Origin: Eledone cirrhosa
Taxonomy: Eukaryota
Length of the DNA: 64,000 nt
NCBI GenBank assembly: GCA_964016885.1
Contig: OZ024747.1
Location: forward strand, 69,626,001-69,690,000
Reading direction: 5' to 3'
The notes beneath the pieces were generated by a model, which worked only from the letters and a program-made list of their open reading frames with translations, was not told where the DNA came from and searched no databases. Below, one piece after another: positions 57,740 through 64,000 of the stretch (position 1 is its first letter; each line of letters opens with the position of its first letter). The translations under genes were made by a program, and so were the position numbers.

Positions 57740-58560
57740 TTGCAATTTAGTTTCGTAGATCTAGTATTTGATATTTTCCCCTTCTTTAATGATAAGGATA
57801 TCTAGAAACAGTAGCTCCTTTTTATTACATTCCATGGTAAATTTTATTGCTTCGTGAAGATTGTTTATGATGGAATGGAATCTTTGCAGGTCTTCTTGGC
57901 TTCCAGAAGATGAACAGTCGTCAAGGTAACGTTTCCAGTTGTGATTACTGTAGGTGGTGAAGTCATGACTGAATATTTCCTACAGTTGGGAATATAATTT
58001 TGCCTCTAGGTAACCCATAATAAGTGTTGCTTATGTTGGGGCCACTTTGGTGCCCATGGCCATTCCTTTTATTTGTAAATACAGTTCATTATCTAAAAGG
58101 AAGTGGTTGTTCTCCAATACTAATTTGAGTCCTTCCAAAATAAACTTTTTTGGGAATCTTTCTGAAATGTAGTTTGGGTGTTTTGTAATCCAGAAGTCAA
58201 CAGCTTCAATTCCTACTTTAATCATTGATTTTCTTTCTTCGCTTTTGCTGATTTTCCTGTAAAAACCCTTGTCATTCAACTATTCTAGGACCATATCTTT
58301 GTAGTTGTTTTTGTCCATGATGACGATTGCTCCACCTTTGTCTGCTTCTTTTGTGATTATTGAGGAGTCTTTTTGTAGCTTATTTAGTGCTAGCAGTTGG
58401 CCTATAGTAATGTTGCATTTGTGTTTTGTCTCTGCAATATTTGACTGTGCCAATTGTCGGAGGCAGGTAATGTATTTCTCCAGGTGTTTGTATCTATTTA
58501 ACGGTGGTTTGAAGTTCTTTTTGTTTTTCACTAGTGATTCCTCCTTGAATCTACAAAACA
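57740..58560 (-). pseudogene. Penelope-like element RT relic
   Basis: KEADKGGAIVIMD; LENNHF..YLQIKGMAMGTKVAPT; NWKRYLDDC at about 57914-57940; [14 protein letters not shown]; internal deletion, stops. Confidence 0.88.
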
Positions 58561-60370
58561 AAATTGTAAAATTATATCATAAAATTAAATCAAATTGTTT
58601 AGAACTACAAGTGAAATCATTCTTTTCCTTTTTCAAATATATGTACCAAAGATTTCACACATTTTCCAATATATATGCCTGGGCTCTCTCCCTATCTTTC
58701 TTTCTTTCTCTCTCTCTATCTCTCTCTCTATATATATATATAGTTATGTATAATGGTAGCTATGGTGCTTCCATAGGCGGTATGCCAAAATTAGCACTCG
58801 ATATTCAGCAGAGTAGAGTGTAGATAGTATAAAGAAAAGGAAAAATCAGTGATGCATCTGGACTTAATTTATTGCATGTTACAATTGTTTCGCCGGCAGG
58901 TAGCTCGAGACATGGTCCTTGTATGGATCTGGCTGATTCTACTTCTGCAGGTTCTTTCAGCTGACTGTTGGAGATTTGGCTACTATTTCTAGCAATGTGG
59001 CCAACTATAATAAAAGCTTTTTCTCTGGCTTGTGGTAACTAGTAATGAAAGTTACTGGAAGTGGTGAATTGGGAAATAACATTTCTGATATATTTCCTAG
59101 CTGCAACCTTTGAATTCTCACTGTTTAATACTTGAAATGAAGTATGTGATGCATAGGAAAATGCTTTAATACAGATCTATATAATTCAATACTGAATGAA
59201 GAAAAGAACAAAATTCAACTGATAAATTCAACAGAAGAAAGAGAGGAGTATTACACAACTTACAAAGAGAAGAATGTGTCAAAAATTATTTACTATGGAA
59301 CCATCAAATTATTTTGAACATTGTTATTTCTAATTTAATACTCACTATATAGAATTAAAATAAGACATGATATTTATTTACTTGTCATAATAAAGCATAC
59401 AAATATATGCAGATAAATGTATTATATAGAAATACAATTTATCAGATTGTTATCTCAATTATCCAGTCATATTTCCTGTTAGAATATTTCACATTAGCAA
59501 ATTAAATAACAGTGTTTAGTTTTCTTTTTTCCTTTTTCTTGCTATCTAATGTTGACAGATTTAATATTGTCAAGATTTTCTGGTCAAGGAGAGACATAAA
59601 ATAGTATACATAGAGAGAATGGAAGTCATTTTCTTCCCAAAGAATGTGTCCCCAACCCACACTGTCCATCATATGCAAAACTTACGAAAGTATTGTCAGA
59701 CATAATTTTGACTTGCAGGTTGAAACCCAGTGCAATCAATGATTCTGTAATTTCTAAGTTGTGTTGATAAAAGGTTAGTCTACTTAAAGAAGACTATGGA
59801 TAAACTTAAATAAGAGTGTATAGTTGGTACTGTTTCAGCAAACATAATGAACGAAATGAGAATCTCTTACATAACAACAACAAGGGTTATACTTCCTTAT
59901 AAAGTGAGAGAAAGAAGGAATGCTCTTTGGTGTTAAGGTTAGAAAAATATATTATGAGGCTTCTGCTATATTGCACTAGCCATGACAGATAAGTACCTTA
60001 GTCATATTGCTCAGTGGATTACTAACAAAGGTTGGCATCTAAGTGTATAACTAAGAGGATGGCTGCCACAGCTGACTGGGAGCAATGACATATTGTCTTA
60101 ATAAATGTTGACAGATCTACTGCTCATCTTCTTTATTATGTAAAACCTCTTGCACAAAATATACATTTAAAACTGTCTACTGCAAGAGTGTTAGTTACAT
60201 TTATCAGGAATAAGTACAACTTACACAAGGAGATAAGTTTCAAAATGGAGAAACATCTGTAAATGCACAGAAAATGACTAAATTGAACAACGTTAGATCA
60301 TGAAAATTCAAAGTAAAATAAAAAAAATAATTACAAAGATATTAAGATCATACAATTTCTTAAGTATATA

Positions 60371-60449
60371 CAGGGTGTCCCCCTAAAATGTATACACACT
60401 TCAACAGCATTCTAATAAATATGTGTATACATTTTGGGGGGACACCCTA
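60371..60449. mobile_element. Tc1/mariner-type MITE (79 bp)
   Basis: TA-CAGGGTGTCCCCCTAAAATGTATACACA ... TGTGTATACATTTTGGGGGGACACCCT(A)-TA. Confidence 0.8.
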
Positions 60450-60782
60450 TATGCTTTCATCTGAATTCAGGAATTAATTTTGTTTTGTTAAAGAGACAAA
60501 TAGTTTTAGAATAGTATGACTTATTTTGTTGTCATGCAATAAATTTAAAGAATGCTTTTTTAAAAGAAACTTTGTCTTTTGTTATTCTCTCTTCTTTCCT
60601 CACTCATCACTATAGTCTTTAGAATGATTATCATTATTATTTATTTGTAGACTTCAATACAAACAATTTAGGAGTAGAGGAATGAGACTGTGTGATGTTC
60701 ATTCATTTCCCTAGAGCTTCAAATGAAAATCCAAACCACTTCGTGGACTAGACTGCTTAATAGCTGTATTATGCCCTAATAA

Positions 60783-60930
60783 GCATTCAAATCCTGCTGA
60801 GGTTAACATTGCCTTTCATCCTTACAGTGGTCGATAAAATAAAGTACCACCCACTTAATGGGGTCGATTTAATCGACTTTCTCCTCCTCCCTCCAAATTG
60901 CTGGCCTTGTGCCTATATAAGAAACCATTA
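60783..60930 (+). mobile_element. Second-family SINE copy
   Basis: TTCAAATCCTGCTGAGGTTAACATTGCCTTTCATCCTT..GGTCGATAAAATAAAGTACC; 3' motif ATTGCTGGCCTTGTGCC repeated again near 61016. Confidence 0.75.
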
Positions 60931-61125
60931 TATTATCAACATTATATTATCATTATATTATCAACATAATGGATGGCGGTGGATTGGCAGTAATGTACCA
61001 GTAATATACTGGATAATTGCTGGCCTTGTGCCAAAAGTAGAAACAATTATATTATCAACATAATTACTACTTTCTCCAATACTACTGTCGACCTCTCCTC
61101 ACCTAATCCTCCTCCTCCTCTCATT

Positions 61126-61326
61126 ACAACTACTGCTGTTGTTACTGCTACTACTACTACTACTACTACTGCTGTTGTCACTGCTACTACTACTGCTGTT
61201 GTCACTGCTACTACTACTGCTGTTGTCACTGCTACTACTACTGCTGCTGTTATTACTGCTACTACTACTGCTGTTATTACTGCTACTACTACTGCTGTTG
61301 TTACTGCTACTACTACCACTGTCATA
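61126..61326. repeat. (CTA/CTG/GTT) triplet-based minisatellite, unit about 24 bp
   Basis: Repeats of gttgtcactgctactactactgct. Confidence 0.9.
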
Positions 61327-62802
61327 ATTGACACCTAATGGAAAGTGTATTTAATGTTTTTATCATCCCTTGTACTCTGTCTTAGTAAACTAAAGGATTT
61401 TTGTCAATCCTCTGGTTATCAAAAACTGAATTAACATTCATATGATGGTGTACAGATGTTTCCTTTAAAGAAATTATCTGAAGCAATGGATTGTTTAAGT
61501 TTAAATGAAGTAGTAAAAGTTCATTGTAGAGGTTGTGTAGTTGCTAGCATAGTTTCTTTTGTCAACATCTCTTTCGGGTGTAGATAATATTAAAGCCTTT
61601 CTGACACTTGACAAAATAATTACATTGATAAAACATTAAAAATACATTATTACTGGGAATGCTTACCTAAGGTGAACTGCTGAATATTGCAGATCTCTCT
61701 GAGAATAACAAGAATGGAGACATAAAACATGGCAAAACCACCTGGAATTGAGTGGAGATGGAAAATAATATAAATCATTAATTATAGAAGCTACAAAAAA
61801 TGTCACTATCATAGATAATGAATGAACAGAGATGCATGGTATTTCTTCATTCTAATTTGGAATAAGGCAACAAGTTAAAATAAATCAGTCACAAGACACA
61901 TTCTCTTGATACAGCTAAACACCCAGGATGTGACAACTAGAAGAAGACCGAGAGCTGTATCAGCAAAATTAAAATGAACCATGGCAGAATTTGAACTCAA
62001 AACGCAGGGATGTGGGACAATTTGCAACACATACTAGTTGATGACTGGTAACTAACAATCAAATACATTAATGCAACAAGCTATACAGCTTATTATTGTG
62101 AATTACCACTTTTAAAATAGTTAATTTAAAAAGGTATATGCAGAGCTTATACATACTAGCACAAATGTTCAGTTCATATACAATAGTATTTGCAGTCTGG
62201 TGGTGTTTTTCTACATTAGAAATTGCTTCCATTTTTCTTACAATATTTTAACTATTTCCCTTATGTTTTATTAAATCACAAAGAAAATGCATGTCGTATA
62301 TCAACATTGCTTTTCATTATTTCAATATTCATAAAATAAGGACCTGTATACAAGTACTGACAATTTTTTCTCTCTATTTAAGCTTTAATTATAACAAATA
62401 GAGTAAGAACTATAAATGGTAAACTTTTCAGTAAAGAATCTGTGACAATGTTTCCATTACAGCTTGAAATCATTTCCTCTATAGCTCTAGTGTTAGACCC
62501 ATCACCAAGGGTGACTGTGTGTAGTGAGGGGTCACTGAATGGTACTTCCCCCTACATTTCACTGGTACACCATTAAATTTAGAAAATAGAATTTATAAAA
62601 AACCATCATAAAATGTTTCTTTGCAAATTAGACAACCCACCCAAAATGTTCTAAAGCTGCACCAAAGCTTAATAACCATACTACTGCTGAAAACAAAAAA
62701 AGCAAGAAATGAATATAATGGACACTATTTTTTCTTACTCTAAACATTTAGGGTTGTGGTTATTTAGTCCCAGATCAATCCTGATTGAGCAAACCTATGA
62801 TT

Positions 62803-63201
62803 ATCATCATCATCATCATCACCGTTTTTACGTCCGTTCTTCCACGCTAGCATGGGTTACATGGGTTGTCCTGTTGTGGGCAGTGTCCGGTCGGCTGACC
62901 TTGTCTTGCTCATATGGGAACTGATTCTGGCTTGTTTTCTACAGCTGGATGCCCTTCCTAACACCAACCTCATTTACAGTGAGTGCTGGGTGCTTTTTTG
63001 CCGTGGCACCTCCACAACCACTTTGCAGTGGAATGATAGGGACCCCAGTCCCTATCATCTCATTTCTACAGCTGAGTAAACTGGAACAATGTGAAATAAA
63101 GTGTCTTGCTCAAGGAAACAACACATCACCCGGTCCGAGAATTGAACTCACAACCTTTCGATTGCAAGCCCAATGCTCTAACCACTAAGCCATGTGCCTC
63201 C
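62803..63201 (-). mobile_element. Full-length CORE-type SINE, long-tail variant carrying the LINE A 3' end
   Basis: Head and CORE as in 23698; 3' part matches 20750-20946 including ggtcagccgacc..cactgcccacaacaggacaacc. Confidence 0.9.
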
Positions 63202-64000
63202 ACTGCAAGCCCAATGCATTATATTTATTTAATCCTATGAACAACCCATCGCCAGTCCAGTCACAATGTATCTAGCATTATCCAATATACCCTTTGTGTT
63301 TAAGATAGTAGGACGGAATTTGATAAACAATTTAGCTGCTTTTCTGGCAGGTGGAGCTATTATGTAAAAGCTCTCATGGGTTTTATGTTTATGTAAAAAA
63401 ATCTTGTTCCTAATGATTGAGAAATCAGTAAGTTGTAATTTGATGATGTAGTCTAGAAATAGGAAGAGGAGTTTCTGAAAACTATTAGATTCTGTATGAA
63501 ATGACAGCTATATGCAGTTGGCATCAATATGGGAAATAGTAAACTGTGGTTATGATAGATATATTATTGAAGAAAACATTTCCCTTTGTTCACACAAAAT
63601 CTTCTAAACTTCAGTTACGTACCATTTCAAATTATTTAAATTTATGAAGTGCCATCTATTGTATCATTCAGTTTGAGGTCTCCAGCATTTTGATGATAGA
63701 GATATCTATTATAATGTAAAACAAACAATTTAGTTTCACACCCGGGTCTAACATGAAGAAAGGTTACAATAGCTGATGTTGGCTACAAATATCACCCAAG
63801 CTGTTTCCTCTATTATCTGCAATAGCAGTCAATAACAGATGGTTCTAAAATGAATGGAGTATAGTACTGTTAGTTGAATTCATACAGAATAGCTAGTATT
63901 TGTCTCCAGCTGTTCAAAGATTGAAGCTTTGCTTAAAACTAATAAACGTTTACTGATGTAATGCAATGTACAAGAAATTAAATTAAAAATTGTGATAGTG

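Noticed and set aside
61047-61334. Poly-Val/Thr and poly-Leu ORFs
   Set aside because: Triplet minisatellite

Overview
AT-rich eukaryotic genomic DNA with no confidently identifiable host exon; probably intronic or intergenic. The microsatellite load and the SINE/LINE types suggest a coleoid cephalopod such as Octopus (inference). Main content: (1) about a dozen mostly 5'-truncated RTE-clade LINE copies in two young subfamilies (A, B), with (GAT)n tails and junctions almost always in (TA)n, densely clustered at about 18-31.7 kb between very long (TA)n arrays; their RT has a C4HC3 PHD-type finger inserted between the KTK and F-x-YLG motifs. (2) tRNA-head CORE-type SINEs carrying the LINE 3' end. 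(3) A second SINE family with 15-17 bp TSDs. (4) A decayed Chapaev3-like DNA transposon with TIRs (8.6-11.2 kb). (5) Relics of Penelope-like, CRE-like, R4-like and older RTE elements, and two MITEs. (6) Several short minimal hammerhead-ribozyme motifs, two of them inside fold-back inverted repeats, plus one fold-back without a visible ribozyme. Most ORFs in the track are microsatellite or antisense artefacts. All family assignments come from motif recognition by eye and need database confirmation.
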